This document shows positions 1 through 10,978 of a stretch of DNA of 64,000 bases, one piece after another; within the stretch, counting starts at the first letter, position 1; each line of letters starts with the position of its first letter. Source of the stretch: Eledone cirrhosa (Eukaryota). The notes under the pieces are model-generated. The model made no database searches. It worked only from the letters and a program-made list of their open reading frames with translations, and was not told the DNA's origin. The position numbers and the translations under genes are program-made. The stretch is taken from positions 44,516,001-44,580,000 of the forward strand of contig OZ024754.1 of assembly GCA_964016885.1 (NCBI GenBank), read 5' to 3'.

Positions 1-215
1 TCTCAGGAAAGAATTTCTGGACAAATTTTATGGGCAAAGCCAACCGGTAGAAGACTCAGGGTTAGACCCTGAGTCAGATGTTTGGATAACATACTTGAGC
101 TTGGCTGGTCTCGCCTGGGGATCCAGCCGGATCAGTTGGAGATGGTTGCTTCTGACAGGACCCACTGGAAGGAGTGTTTGAGGACTCTGCCCTCATGATC
201 CTCTCAGGAATAAGT
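1..215 (+). mobile_element. RTE-clade LINE 3' fragment (degenerate)
   Basis: Frame 1 reads SQERISGQILWAKPTGRRLRVRP*VRCLDNILELGWSRLGIQPDQLEMVASDRTHW, matching the RTE C-terminal 'GRRPRGRPRTRW...LGI..E..DR..W' pattern with stops. Confidence 0.75.
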
Positions 216-495
216 GGGCAAAGAAGTAGAGAAAGAGGATGAAAGGACTGAAAGCATTCTTAACCCTTTTGAAACCAACTTAATCATAACTTCTTCTAAA
301 GCAATTTTAACCACTTTTGATACCAATCCACCAATATCACAGCCAATACCTTATACACACAATACAGGTATATCCAGCCAATACCCCAGCCAATATCACA
401 GCCAATACCTTATACACACAATACAGGTATATCCAGCCAATACCCCAGCCAATATAACACACAATACCCCAGTCAATATTTCAACCAATACTTAC

Positions 496-829
496 TGTCA
501 TTGGAAGCCATAGATGCAGAGATCTTGTCCCTGGTTTGAACTTTGCTGCTGTTGGCAGCCAAGGTCTGCGTTCGATGTAGAAAGTCCTTGTGACTACCAC
601 TTGGACATGCATCTGGGCAGTGTACCAAGTAGAAAGAGTTGAAAAATAGCTGCATAGTTTCAGTCAAGTGTTTCCTTGTCATCTCAAAGCCTATTCTCAC
701 CCCAACAATATAAAGTACATCAACTACTTTGTGTAGAATGAGACTGCGTGCATGTGTCCCGCTTGGAAAGCAAATGGGCAGTGCAGTGAGTTGCATCACT
801 GAATGTAGTATTTTGTGCACCTTTAGATC
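496..829 (-). CDS. WDR81: WDR81-like coding exon 12 (gene continues beyond the left edge)
   Basis: ttttcacag acceptor and A|GTAAGT donor; 334 nt, phase 0->1. CFPSGTHARSLILHKVVDVLYIVGVRIGFEMTRKHL resembles 'GFPSGAQARTILCVKTI..ICLRIGQEMVQQHL'. Confidence 0.9.
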
Positions 830-908
830 CTGTGAAAAGAGTAAAAAAATAGAGATAATATATATATGTGTATATATATATGTGTGTATATATATGTATG
901 TATATATA

Positions 909-1395
909 TCAGATAGGGTGTGGTAAAAAACCAGGTGCACAATGACCCACCAGAATACTCGATACTTGGGGTAGTAGATTGAATAATATTAAAAAATTCA
1001 GGACCTCAACAGCTGAGCTTCGGCCGATCTAGCTGTTGAAATGGCCAAAGCTCAGCTGTCAGGGTCCTGAATTTTTTTTATTTATATATATATAAGGAAA
1101 AAAGATGAAATCGAAAATGCAACTGGAGTCTTTTTAAGAATATTTATTTGTTTCTTTACCGGTTTCTTGTGCTTTTCAAAAGTAGAATTGAGACGGAGGG
1201 TTTGTGGTTTTTCTCGATATATATATCAGAGAGGGTGTGGTAAAAAACCAGGTGAACATATAACCCACCAGAGTGCTCGATACTTGGGGTAGTAGAGTGG
1301 GTAATAGGAAAAAATTCAGGACCCCGGCGGCTGAGCTCCGGCCGTTTCAACAGCTAGTTTGACTGGAGCTCAGCTGTCGGGGTCCTGAATTTTTT
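909..1395 (-). mobile_element. Two copies (909-1080, 1226-1395) of a palindromic, (TA)n-flanked mini-element with a half-hammerhead motif
   Basis: Each has an ~90-nt hairpin (aaaaattcaggacc...ggtcctgaattttt) plus a shared ~85-nt tail. Related copies lie at 33261, 37400, 39745 and 43944. Confidence 0.7.
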
Positions 1396-1396
1396 A

Positions 1397-1451
<55 letters not shown>

Positions 1452-1617
1452 TGTATTTTTGGAATATAGGACACATTGGTACACACACACACTAGCATGC
1501 ACACATACAGTCTCTCACACACATACACACTGGCATGCACACATACACATACTGTCTCACACACACACACACACATAAAAACCTCTAAGTCAATAATTAA
1601 GAACAGGTAATATTTAC

Positions 1618-1737
1618 CTGTAGAAGATCCATCAGGGTTTTCTCAGAGAGCAATGGCACCATGTGCCGTATGAGTACCAGGGAGGCAATGAGCCCAGCTT
1701 CAGCTGCTTGGCTCATCTCTTTCTCGGCAGCGGTTAC
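1618..1737 (-). CDS. WDR81: WDR81-like coding exon 11
   Basis: ttgctag acceptor and CAG|GTAAAT donor; 120 nt, phase 0->0. Encodes VTAAEKEMSQAAEAGLIASLVLIRHMVPLLSEKTLMDLLQ (cf. 'EAGLLAAV...LSDTTLMDIL'). Not captured by the ORF track. Confidence 0.9.
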
Positions 1738-1800
1738 CTAGCAACAGAACCATACAGGTGTTAAAAGCAGCAAGTAGAGAATAGCAGTGGATATATGAAC

Positions 1801-2137
1801 AGGGTGGACTGGGTGTTTTTTGTTGTGGCACAGACACTTCCACCTTGCAGAGTGGACTGGGTGTTTTTTGTTGTGGCACAGACACTACCACCTTGCAGAG
1901 TGGACTGGGTGTTTTTTGTTGTGGCACAGACACTACCACCTTGCAGGGTGGACTGGGTGTTTTTTGTTGTGGCACAGACACTACCACCTTGCAGGGTGGA
2001 CTGGGTGTTTTTTGTTGTGGCACAGACACTACCACCTTGCAGGGTGGACTGGGTGTTTTTTGTTGTGGCACAGACACTACCACCTTGCAGGGTGGACTGG
2101 GTGTTTTTTGTTGTGGCACAGACACTACCACCTTGTA
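1801..2137. repeat. 44-bp minisatellite, ~7.5 copies
   Basis: Unit agggtggactgggtgttttttgttgtggcacagacactaccaccttgc-like; explains the overlapping repetitive ORFs. Confidence 0.95.
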
Positions 2138-2193
2138 GATTTGATATTAAGTGAGATAATTGTGCAAGATAAATGTTTAAAGGGGTTACTCAC

Positions 2194-2333
2194 CATGTCC
2201 TCCATGGCTGGGAAATACTGTAAAAGTATGACCTGCTCACCATATAACAGAGCCATAAATGAAAGACAGTCAAGTACCTTCACTGCAGAGACATCTCCGT
2301 TAACTAACTTACTGGATTTACGGCAGTTTAAAG
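2194..2333 (-). CDS. WDR81: WDR81-like coding exon 10
   Basis: cttttctag acceptor and ATG|GTGAGT donor; 140 nt, phase 1->0. GDVSAVKVLDCLSFMALLYGEQVILLQYFP resembles 'GD..[23 protein letters not shown]'. Confidence 0.9.
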
Positions 2334-2374
2334 CTAGAAAAGTATACAAGAGGTCAGTTGTTATATGTCACTGA

Positions 2375-3850
2375 TGAGATGTGATGTAGTGTTGTGTTGT
2401 ATGGTGTGATGTAGTGTTGTGTTGTATGGTGTAGTGTACTGTTGTGTTGTATGGTGTGATGTAGTGTTGTGTTGTATGGTGTAGTGTACTGTTGTGTTGT
2501 ATGGTGTGATGTAGTGTTGTGTTGTATGGTGTAGTGTACTGTTGTGTTGTATGGTGTGATGTAGTGTTGTGTTGTATGGTGTAGTGTACTGTTGTGTTGT
2601 GAGGTGTGATGTAGTGTTGTGTTGTATGGTGTAGTGTACTGTTGTGTTGTATGGTGTGATGTAGTGTTGTGTTGTATGGTGTAGTGTACTGTTGTGTTGT
2701 ATGGTGTGATGTAGTGTTGTGTTGTATGGTGTAGTGTACTGTTGTGTTGTGAGGTGTGATGTAGTGTTGTGTTGTATGGTGTAGTGTACTGTTGTGTTGT
2801 ATGGTGTGATGTAGTGTTGTGTTGTATGGTGTAGTGTACTGTTGTGTTGTATGGTGTGATGTAGTGTTGTGTTGTATGGTGTAGTGTACTGTTGTGTTGT
2901 GAGGTGTGATGTAGTGTTGTGTTGTATGGTGTAGTGTACTGTTGTGGTGTGAGATGTGATGTAGTGTTGTGTTGTATGATGTAGTGTACTGTTGTGTTGT
3001 GAGGTGTGATGTAGTGTTGTGTTGTATGGTGTAGTGTACTGTTGTGTTGTGAGGTGTGATGTAGTGTTGTGTTGTATGGTGTAGTGTACTGTTGTGTTGT
3101 GAGGTGTGATGTAGTGTTGTGTTGTATGGTGTAGTGTACTGTTGTGTTGTGAGGTGTAGTGTTGTGTTGTATGGTGTAGTGTACTGTTGTGTTGTGAGGT
3201 GTGATGTAGTGTTGTGTTGTATGGTGTAGTGTACTGTTGTGTTGTGAGGTGTGGTGTAGTGTTGTGTTGTATGGTGTAGTGTACTGTTGTGTTGTGAGGT
3301 GTGATGTAGTGTTGTGTTGTATGGTGTAGTGTACTGTTGTGTTGTGAGGTGTGATGTAGTGTTGTGCTGTATGGTGTAGTGTACTGTTGTGTTGTGAGGT
3401 GTGATGTAGTGTTGTGTTGTATGGTGTAGTGTACTGTTGTGTTGTGAGGTGTGATGTAGTGTTGTGTTGTATGGTGTAGTGTACTGTTGTGTTGTGAGGT
3501 GTGATGTAGTGTTGTGTTGTATGGTGTAGTGTACTGTTGTGTTGTGAGGTGTGGTGTGGTGTTGTGTTGTGTTGTAAGGTGTAGTGTACTGTTGTGTTGT
3601 GAGGTGTTGTGTTGTGTGATGTAGTATGGTGTAGTGTGGTGTGTTGTGTTGTATGGTGTGGTGTGGTGTAGTGTGATGTTGTGTTGTGAGGTGTTGTGCG
3701 GTGTGATGTTGTGTTGTGTGATGTAGTGCGGTGTAGTATGGTGTAGTGTGGTGTGATGTTGTGTAGTGAGGTGCTGTGTTGTGTGGTGTGGTGTAGTGTG
3801 ATGATGTGTTGTGTGATGTAGTGTGGTGTAGTGTGGTGTAGTGTAGAGGG
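2375..3850. repeat. 40-bp GT-rich minisatellite built from pentamers, decaying rightwards
   Basis: Unit gtgatgtagtgttgtgttgtatggtgtagtgtactgttgtgttgt-like, in the intron between exons 9 and 10. Confidence 0.95.
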
Positions 3851-4003
3851 TGAGTGAATGTGAGAGAGAGAAAGAGAGACCTAGAACAGATGTGAGAGAG
3901 AGAGAGAGAACGAGAGAGAGACCTAGAGCAGATGAGAACAAGAGAGATAGAGTGAAGCTTTTGATAGAAGAGAGAGAGTGTGTTGTTGTTATGGTTCACT
4001 CAC

Positions 4004-5697
4004 TGTTCTCTGTCGCCATTAACAATTGTTCTTCATCCATGTAACAAAGAGGAAGTAATCGAATGAGATTGAGAGAGAAATAGCGAGCAGCTAACAGTGG
4101 ACCGAGACGATGACATAACCATTTCACACTGTCTGATGACACATCACGGATATTGACTATCTCTTCCCATTTACTGCCCTCCATACACTTGCGGAACTCA
4201 TCTGTTTCACTGCGTACCATCTGCATTTGTGGGACTTGATTATTTGACAGTGAACTGTACATGTCAGTTGATCTATCTCCATTGCTTGATCCTGGTGAAT
4301 CATCCTTCTGTGATGGCAATCCGTGTGATTCCTCGTAGACTTCTGTCTTGCTGCTAACACTGTCCGCTTCATCATTTCCTATAACATCGTTATCGTAGTC
4401 ATTGCTACCATCGACATTGTTATTATTGCTGTTGTTGTTGTTGTTGTTGCTGTGTACATTGATGTTGATGTGGTCATCCTCATCATCTTCTTCAGACTGT
4501 GACAATTTCAGTTGCGGGGAAATGTCGCTAGTATTGTCCTCATAGATGGAAATGTTTTCCTCAATCCCTCTGTCACTAATTCGGCTGCAGACATGATTAT
4601 TACTATGGCTACAGTCCCGTCGGTTTGACCGATCGTGTATAGATACTGGGAAGGAGAAACGGCGTCCATTTTGGAAGAGAGAGTTGGTGTCATCGTCATC
4701 TATGCCAAGCAATGGTTGTTTATATGGAATGTCATCACTCTTCAAGGAGTCCCGTCCAATGCTGGCAGTGTCAGATCCTCTTTCACTACCCATTTTCTCA
4801 TCCACACCAAGCAACACATTGCCGTCAAATTCTTCATATTCTTCAGCATCTTCATCAGTTTCCAACCCTGCTGGGACATCCAGGAGAGTTTCCTCCCCTG
4901 TTAAGGTCTCTGCACTGTTGCTGCACTCTTCACTAACTTCTTCTGGACACGCTGGGATCGGGTTACGCACTTTGCGTGAGAAATCAGACTTTTGCCGGTG
5001 GAACTCAACGACTTCGGGAAAATCTGAGTCGGTTTCTATGACAAAGTCTTTATAACCAGCCACTGCCTCAACAAGAAGCGTAGAGAAGTTTTCGAGGAAT
5101 GTCTGAAGTTGAAAACGCACCAGTAACTGCACAAGAAATCTGTGGTGGTGCAGTTTAATGTGTTTTGGAGTAGAGAATTCTTCGGCATACAGTTTCACTA
5201 TTTGAGGAAGGAATTTCTTCTTTGCAACTTCAGGGCCAAGTTGGCAAGACATGATATCAAAAAGGGTCCAGGCAGCTTGTACTGCTGTCTCGTTGTTCTG
5301 AAGAAGTTCTTCAACATAGGGTAGTAAAAGATCGACTCCTTCTTGACCAAGGACCACATCATACTTCTGCAAAAATGCCTGGAGAATGGCCACTTTCTCT
5401 CGTGCCAAAACCTTGACCAATTTGCATCTTTCAGCATTTGATTTACCATTTGACAGTTGGAGTAGTTCGATTTCGTAGTCAATCTGTTTGAGATGACAGA
5501 GGCAGTGATAGAGTTGTGGGAAATATGAAGGAAATGGAATGATGTCAACCATTTGGTGGGTGAGGAGGCTTGGAGTGGAGGGAGGCAATCCTAGTTCGTT
5601 GATTGGAATGTAGTTAAAGACGGGACCGGTGTCACCAAGGAGGGGTTTAAATTCTTCATTTATCTGTAGCAATATGGTGGCTGCCTGTCGTAATGGT
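4004..5697 (-). CDS. WDR81: WDR81-like coding exon 9 (large exon with acidic low-complexity linker)
   Basis: ttttcag acceptor and A|GTGAGT donor; 1694 nt, phase 2->1, within ORF 3996..5843. Motifs GLPPSTPSLL, IIPFPSYFPQLY, TAVQAAWTLFD, VKWLCHRLGPLLAARYFSLNLIRLLPLCY are typical of WDR81. Confidence 0.93.
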
Positions 5698-5753
5698 CTG
5701 AAATAAATGGGAAGATTAAAGAGAACTAAATATAAATATACAAAAGAAGTGTG

Positions 5754-5785
<32 letters not shown>

Positions 5786-5900
5786 TGTGTATATATATAT
5801 ATATATATATATTTGTAAAAGGTAAACAGAAATAACAACACAATCAATACAGTAGGAAGGAATATATTAAGTTAACGCTTCAAATAGCAGGAAGAGGGTC

Positions 5901-5930
5901 ATAACATTTTGGACACTAGTCCTTCATCAG
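5901..5930 (-). ncRNA. Decayed hammerhead ribozyme motif (family A)
   Basis: Minus strand reads CUGAUGA-A-GGAC-UAGU-GUCC-AAAAUGUU, with G12 changed to A. An inverted homologue lies at 10658. Confidence 0.5.
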
Positions 5931-6035
5931 AAGAAAGAATGGGAAATTAGAAAGAGGGGACGGGTGGTGTGGAATTAATATATATATATATATATATATT
6001 CGAATATGTTACCAAACACTTATTCACATTACAAT

Positions 6036-6079
6036 TTGATTTACAATTGTTTCATCCTCATGGGACTTATCAAAATCAA
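6036..6079 (-). ncRNA. Decayed type I hammerhead ribozyme motif inside an imperfect inverted repeat (6003-6172)
   Basis: UUGAUU | UUGAUAA | GUCC-CAUGA-GGAU | GAAAC-AAUU-GUA | AAUCAA. Stem I is a perfect 6 bp and the stem III loop is palindromic, but the core has two substitutions. Confidence 0.55.
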
Positions 6080-6537
6080 TTAGTTGATGAATAATTACCT
6101 CAACATGTTCACCTTTTGGAACTCACCATTGTAAATCAAATTATGATGTCAATAAGTATCTGGTAACATATTTTAATGAATAATTTGCTCCACTTGTAAT
6201 TAAACGAATACAACAGGAATTCATAATAAATATTTTTTTAAAAATATTATATGTAGCCATGGGGACAGTTTATTGTAATAAATTACCATATTTTGAGCTG
6301 ATATAACTTTTTCACCTGCACCTTTCCAGTTTTTATATTTGAAAACAAATTTCTTTATATGGGTGCTTTTTGCCGTGAAACATACACGACTACTTTACAG
6401 TGTAGACTGGGTGCTTTTTGTCATGACACCTACACAACCACTTTAGAGTGTGGGCTGGATATGTTTTGTTCACAGTGTAAGGGTGGTGTGGACAGGAGTG
6501 GGTGGATGTATAAGGGCCAGGAGTGGCAATATCTTAC

Positions 6538-6716
6538 CTGGGAATAACACTCATATCCATTTGGCACAATTTGTAGATTAACTGGTATTGTTCTTTGAGA
6601 GGTGCACTGGGCCCCAAAAGGCGGGTTTTATGGCCAAGAAACATCTCCCCTAATAGACAGCCAAAAGCCTGCATGTCGTGAGTTACAATAACTTTAGGGG
6701 ACAGGAAACTGGACAC
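6538..6716 (-). CDS. WDR81: WDR81-like coding exon 8
   Basis: ttttag acceptor and CAG|GTAAGA donor; 179 nt, phase 0->2. HDMQAFGCLLGEMF resembles WDR81 'RDMQALGVLLAEMVF'. Confidence 0.9.
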
Positions 6717-6838
6717 CTAAAACATAAAGATTCACATCCATATTTATTATTTCATAAGGAGCCACCGAACATTGTTATTCAACCTGCTAAAAGTCAAGGA
6801 TTTCGAAAGAGAAGAAAAAAATTATAATGATAGTTTAC

Positions 6839-7001
6839 CTGTACAGATGAATCTCTTGGCTGATTACAAACAGCTTTAGGACTGAAGGAATACAAAGCTT
6901 CAAGGTGTTCTAGATTAGATAATGGTTTGTCATCCATGCTGAGAGGGATATTGTCTCCAAACCACATATAGTCGTTGTCACAAGATTGATCTTCAGTGAA
7001 A
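6839..7001 (-). CDS. WDR81: WDR81-like coding exon 7
   Basis: 163 nt, phase 2->0, CAG|GTAAAC donor, inside ORF 6794..7021. 'IPLSMDDKPLSNLEHLEALYSF' resembles the WDR81 'ISLPEGFNPMQALEELEK' motif. Confidence 0.85.
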
Positions 7002-7039
7002 CTGATTAGAAATGAAAGCAAGGAATATTGATAAATGTG

Positions 7040-7140
7040 GAGTTACACTCACCTCAATATAAAGTTACACTCACCTCAATTGAGTTACACTCACATCAAT
7101 GTACAGTTACACTCATCTCAATATAGAGTTACACTCACCT
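7040..7140. repeat. ~21-bp tandem repeat containing the exon-6 splice donor
   Basis: Five degenerate copies of agttacactcacctcaat(at). Confidence 0.85.
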
Positions 7141-7182
7141 AAAGCAATCTTCTGATTCAGACCCATCACGATTCCCAGAAAC
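7139..7182 (-). CDS. WDR81: WDR81-like coding exon 6 (44-nt small exon)
   Basis: Strong pyrimidine tract (ctcttcttcatcttcactctag) and AG|GTGAGT donor. Encodes VSGNRDGSESEDCF. Its phase 0->2 is exactly what is needed to join exon 5 to exon 7. Confidence 0.78.
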
Positions 7183-7658
7183 CTAGAGTGAAGATGAAGA
7201 AGAGGAGAGATCATAACAGAGTAAGAAACTGTGAGGGTCAGAGAGAACAAATGGTCAGAAGTGAGACACAGTAAATAGCCAGAGGTCAAAGACATGTGTT
7301 AGCCAAATGTCAGATACATGAGATGGTCAAATGTTAGAGGTCAGCTACATGAGATGGTCAACTGCCAGGGGTCAGCCACATCGGCTGGTCAAATGTCAGA
7401 GGTCAGATACATCATGTGTTCAAATGTCAGAGGTGAGATACATCAGCTGGTCAAATGTTAAAGACTGTATACAGCTACATCAAATGGTCAACTGTCAGAG
7501 GTCAGCTACATGAGATGGTCAAATGTCAAATGTTAAAGACTGTCTATTGCAAGGGGTCAGCCACATCAGTTAGTCAACAGTCAGAGACAATAAAGTGTGA
7601 GAGGTCAAAGAAGGTTAAAGAGATATAATGTAGAAATAAAAGGTAAAAAGGTGTTTAC

Positions 7659-7820
7659 CTGGAGACTGTCATATTCATGGTAGAGCTTCTTTGGGGGCAG
7701 GATTCGTTGAGGATGAGGGTGGTCAAACAGTTGGACAACGCCACTGTTGGTCACATTGGTGTGGTTGTCCACTAGTTGTAAGTGGACATTCTTTGAATCT
7801 ACAGATGCTTCTCCACCCAG
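7659..7820 (-). CDS. WDR81: WDR81-like coding exon 5 (end of BEACH domain)
   Basis: tgtag acceptor and CAG|GTAAAC donor; 162 nt, phase 0->0. Encodes [39 protein letters not shown], continuing 'TFGYK' as in BEACH proteins. Confidence 0.93.
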
Positions 7821-8314
7821 CTACAGATGGGAAGAAGAGAGAAAGAAAGTACATTAAACAGTGTAACCAGGTACAGGAAGGACTCTTAAGGACTGAGCGA
7901 AGTTGATAAAAATAAAATATACTAGAAATCTACAATGTTTTTTTGTACAAATAATCACACCTTCACAACAGGTAAATAAAGAATTATTTTTAAAAAAATC
8001 AACAAATTTTATGGTAGAAAGAACTAAAATTTGACAATGTTTAAAATCTAAAAAATTAATTCTAGAAAGAATAAAAATTCAAAAAGTAATGTTGTAGGCA
8101 AGGTGTAAGATAATCTGTAATTTCTAAATCTTCTCTTGATTTAACAATACTTTTAATACTTCTTTCTAAGTTCACATATTTCCTCTTCTTTTGTACAGAT
8201 TCTCCTCAACAAATTTCAAAATATTTCTTCCTTTGTAGGCCAAAAATGTATGATAATATATATTTCGCTTAAAATTAATCTTTGCTGAAATTACCGTTCA
8301 CTCTTAATGTTTCG

Positions 8315-8452
8315 CTCAAAATTGACTTCACTCAAAATGAACTTCACTCAAAATGAACTTCACTCAAAATGAACTTCACTCAAAATGAACTTCACTCAAA
8401 ATGAACTTCACTCAAAATGAACTTCACTCAAAATGAACTTCGCTCAAAATGA
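8315..8452. repeat. 16-bp minisatellite (aatgaacttcactcaa)n
   Basis: About 8 copies just inside the intron after exon 4. Confidence 0.95.
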
Positions 8453-8476
8453 ATGGAATCGTGGTTTATCACTAAC

Positions 8477-9667
8477 CTTGTATCCAAATGTTAAATCAAT
8501 CCAGTCATGGAGACCAGCAGATACTCGGTTACTCTCCAGCATAGCCATGTGTTTTGAGATGAAATCATGTGGATTTCTGCACCAGTTAGGTACAGCAAGG
8601 TCAGGCAGATCAGCGTGCAATGATTTGAAGATAGATGGATCAAAGAAGAATTCTGGAATGCATTCATCTGGGGTCCACTGATGGATACGAGTGATACTAG
8701 CTGGGTACTCACTGGGCACCCAGTATGGGCGTACATGGGCACACATTATTGATTTTGAGGTCCTCCGTGCTTTGTACACATAGTAAGTAATGTCAGACAG
8801 TACATCAGAAACATGGTGTGGAATGTATGTGGAACGGTGAGTAGGATCACCAGAGTCTATGGGCATCTCTTCATAGGTTAAGTCAAGCTGACAGTCACCC
8901 TTGTTCAAGCGATACTTTGTCTTTGAAAGGTCGCGGAAGTTTTTGTGTTCAGAAGTGAAATCAGAGACCCATGGTAATATTGGATGGTTGTTGGGATCGC
9001 CAAAGCGACGCCCGGCTAAATGGTTCAATATCATCAAATATTTAAAGTTACTGAGTCGTCGATGAACCCAGTCAGACACAATATTAGAGAGATCATCTAT
9101 AGAATAAACTGTATAGAGGCAAGAACGGACAAAATTCTGAGCATCCTCAACAAGAGATCTAGTTAGCTTGGGGGAGGAATAAGGGAAAATTGAATTAGAT
9201 ATGTTAATTTTGGATTCAGGTTTGATAAGGGTCTGGTTGCACTGGAAGGACACATGTGGTAAAGAAAGGGTTACCCAAAGTTTCTTATCAACATACACCT
9301 GATGTAATTTCAAGTGACCAGCAGAGATACCTCTACTGTGAGCATACTGTAATGTCTGGAGAATCTGGTACTGCACAAACAGAGATTTGGCATGTGACTC
9401 TTTAAACAACGAAGGACTGTATGAAACAACATCCCACAGTGTGTATGGAAAGTAGGGCTGTATTAGCAAGAACTGTTCAGAAAGTTCCAGAAACAGATGT
9501 ATTGGTACGACATTAGGAAATGGTTGTGTTGAAGATCCTTCTGATGCTGAGAGCAAAGGTGATGACCGTAGCTGTTGTTGTTGTTGGTGTTGTTGTTGGC
9601 TGCCATCAATTCTAATCACATGTCTTGGCTTAAACCGCAGCACTATTTCACGGAATAAATCTGTAAA
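8477..9667 (-). CDS. WDR81: WDR81-like coding exon 4 (kinase-like segment and BEACH domain)
   Basis: Overlaps ORF 8444..9643; 1191 nt, phase 0->0, AAG|GTTAGT donor. Contains BEACH hallmarks: WVHRRLSNFKYLMILNHLAGRRFGDPNNHPILPWVSDF, FRDLSKTKYRLNKGD, HHVSDVLSDITYYVYKARR, EYPASITRIHQWTPDECIPEFF, LHDWIDLTFGYK. Confidence 0.96.
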
Positions 9668-9863
9668 CTAGATTTAAAAGGTATAGAAATTAGTATATCG
9701 TTACAGTTATTGTGCGTGAGTGGAGGGTAAAGTTAGACACATGGGCCCAGGAGGAGGCTAAAGTTAGACACAGGGGCCAATATGGAGTGTGAAGTTAGAC
9801 ACAGGGACCAGGTCTGAGAGGGTTAATGGTTAATCTGGGCCTGCTGCTAGAAATAACAATTAA

Positions 9864-10248
9864 CCCTTTAGCATTTAAACCAGCCGTATCTGGCCAGAAT
9901 TCTTTCACTTTTTTCTGTTCAAACTGACCATAACTGGCTGCTCATATAGCCAGTTATGGCCAGTTTGAACATGAGGTATCGTTCTCAAAATAAATAATAT
10001 CAAAATCTCATAGATTTGATATTATGTGAGATAATTATGTAAGGTAAAGCCTTTACTGTGAAAATACAACAGTATATATAGAGTAATGTAAATGTTATGC
10101 GAGATATTATGTGAGGTAAAGCCTTTACTGTGAAAATACAATAGTATATATATAGAGTAATGTAAATGGTATGTGAGATATTATGTGAGGTAAAGCCTTT
10201 ACTGTGAAAATACAATAGTATATATAGAGTAATGTACATGGTAAAGGG
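9864..10248. mobile_element. piggyBac-type non-autonomous MITE
   Basis: TTAA|CCCTTTAGCAT ... ATGGTAAAGGG|TTAA, with internal ~68-bp tandem repeats. Confidence 0.8.
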
Positions 10249-10350
10249 TTAAACATGGAAGTTATGGCTGACTGATTTTATGTAAGGTTCTCTGGATCAG
10301 TTATACAATAATAACAACAGCAACTACAACAACATGGACCTACAGCTTAC

Positions 10351-10504
10351 CTTTTTCTTCTTCATTTCAGGGACCAGTTGCCGGGTCACTAAGTTTAAAC
10401 AGGCGTTCTGATAGAGGTTCTTTCGATTCTCCTGACAAATGTAAGTTAACAGCTCAGACAAGCTATAGTCTTTTAGATCGCAGTAGAGAGGCCGGTCAGG
10501 TAAG
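10351..10504 (-). CDS. WDR81: WDR81-like coding exon 3
   Basis: Pyrimidine-rich acceptor (ctttttctctacctag) and AAG|GTAAG donor; 154 nt, phase 2->0. Encodes LPDRPLYCDLKDYSLSELLTYICQENRKNLYQNACLNLVTRQLVPEMKKKK. Confidence 0.85.
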
Positions 10505-10657
10505 CTAGGTAGAGAAAAAGGGTGGAGAAACTTTATTAAACAGGTGTCTGTTGTGTGTGTGTTGGGGGCATATGTATGTATATGTGTATATATGTGTGTG
10601 TGTGTGTGTGTGTACTCCCAATCTTTTTATTTCATCTTTTATTTCTCATTCTATCTT

Positions 10658-10685
10658 CTGATGAAGGACTAGTGTCCGAAACATA
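10658..10685 (+). ncRNA. Hammerhead ribozyme-like motif (family A)
   Basis: CUGAUGA-A-GGAC-UAGU-GUCC-GAAAC-AUA. Core boxes and stem II are intact; stems I and III are poorly supported. Confidence 0.55.
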
Positions 10686-10760
10686 AGCACTCTTTACCTA
10701 CTATATCAAGTGTTAAACTAATATATTTCTTCATTGTACTGAGTTGCTTGCTGAGTTTCT

Positions 10761-10834
10761 TACAATGAGTATATGGCTTATTTTATCTAAATAAGAATTC
10801 TTATTTAGATAAAATAAGCCATATACTCATTGTA
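10761..10834. repeat. 74-bp perfect palindrome with no loop
   Basis: tacaatgagtatatggcttattttatctaaataagaa|ttcttatttagataaaataagccatatactcattgta. Confidence 0.95.
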
Positions 10835-10978
10835 TTCGCATTTAAAAACCTTTTATATACTTGTTTACAAGTAAATTGAATTGCCATCTGTCATATACTA
10901 TCCCCTGTCTTCTTCCTTTCTTACAACTAATATAAATACTTCAATTTTTCTAGATTTTTTCCAATTTATCCAATATCT

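Noticed and set aside
2334-2372. Alternative acceptor at 2371-2372 for exon 10
   Set aside because: In the required phase it reads into a TGA stop; the acceptor at 2334-2335 keeps the frame.
2361-3999. His/Thr-rich 526-aa and 543-aa ORFs
   Set aside because: Translations of the 40-bp GT-rich minisatellite in an intron.
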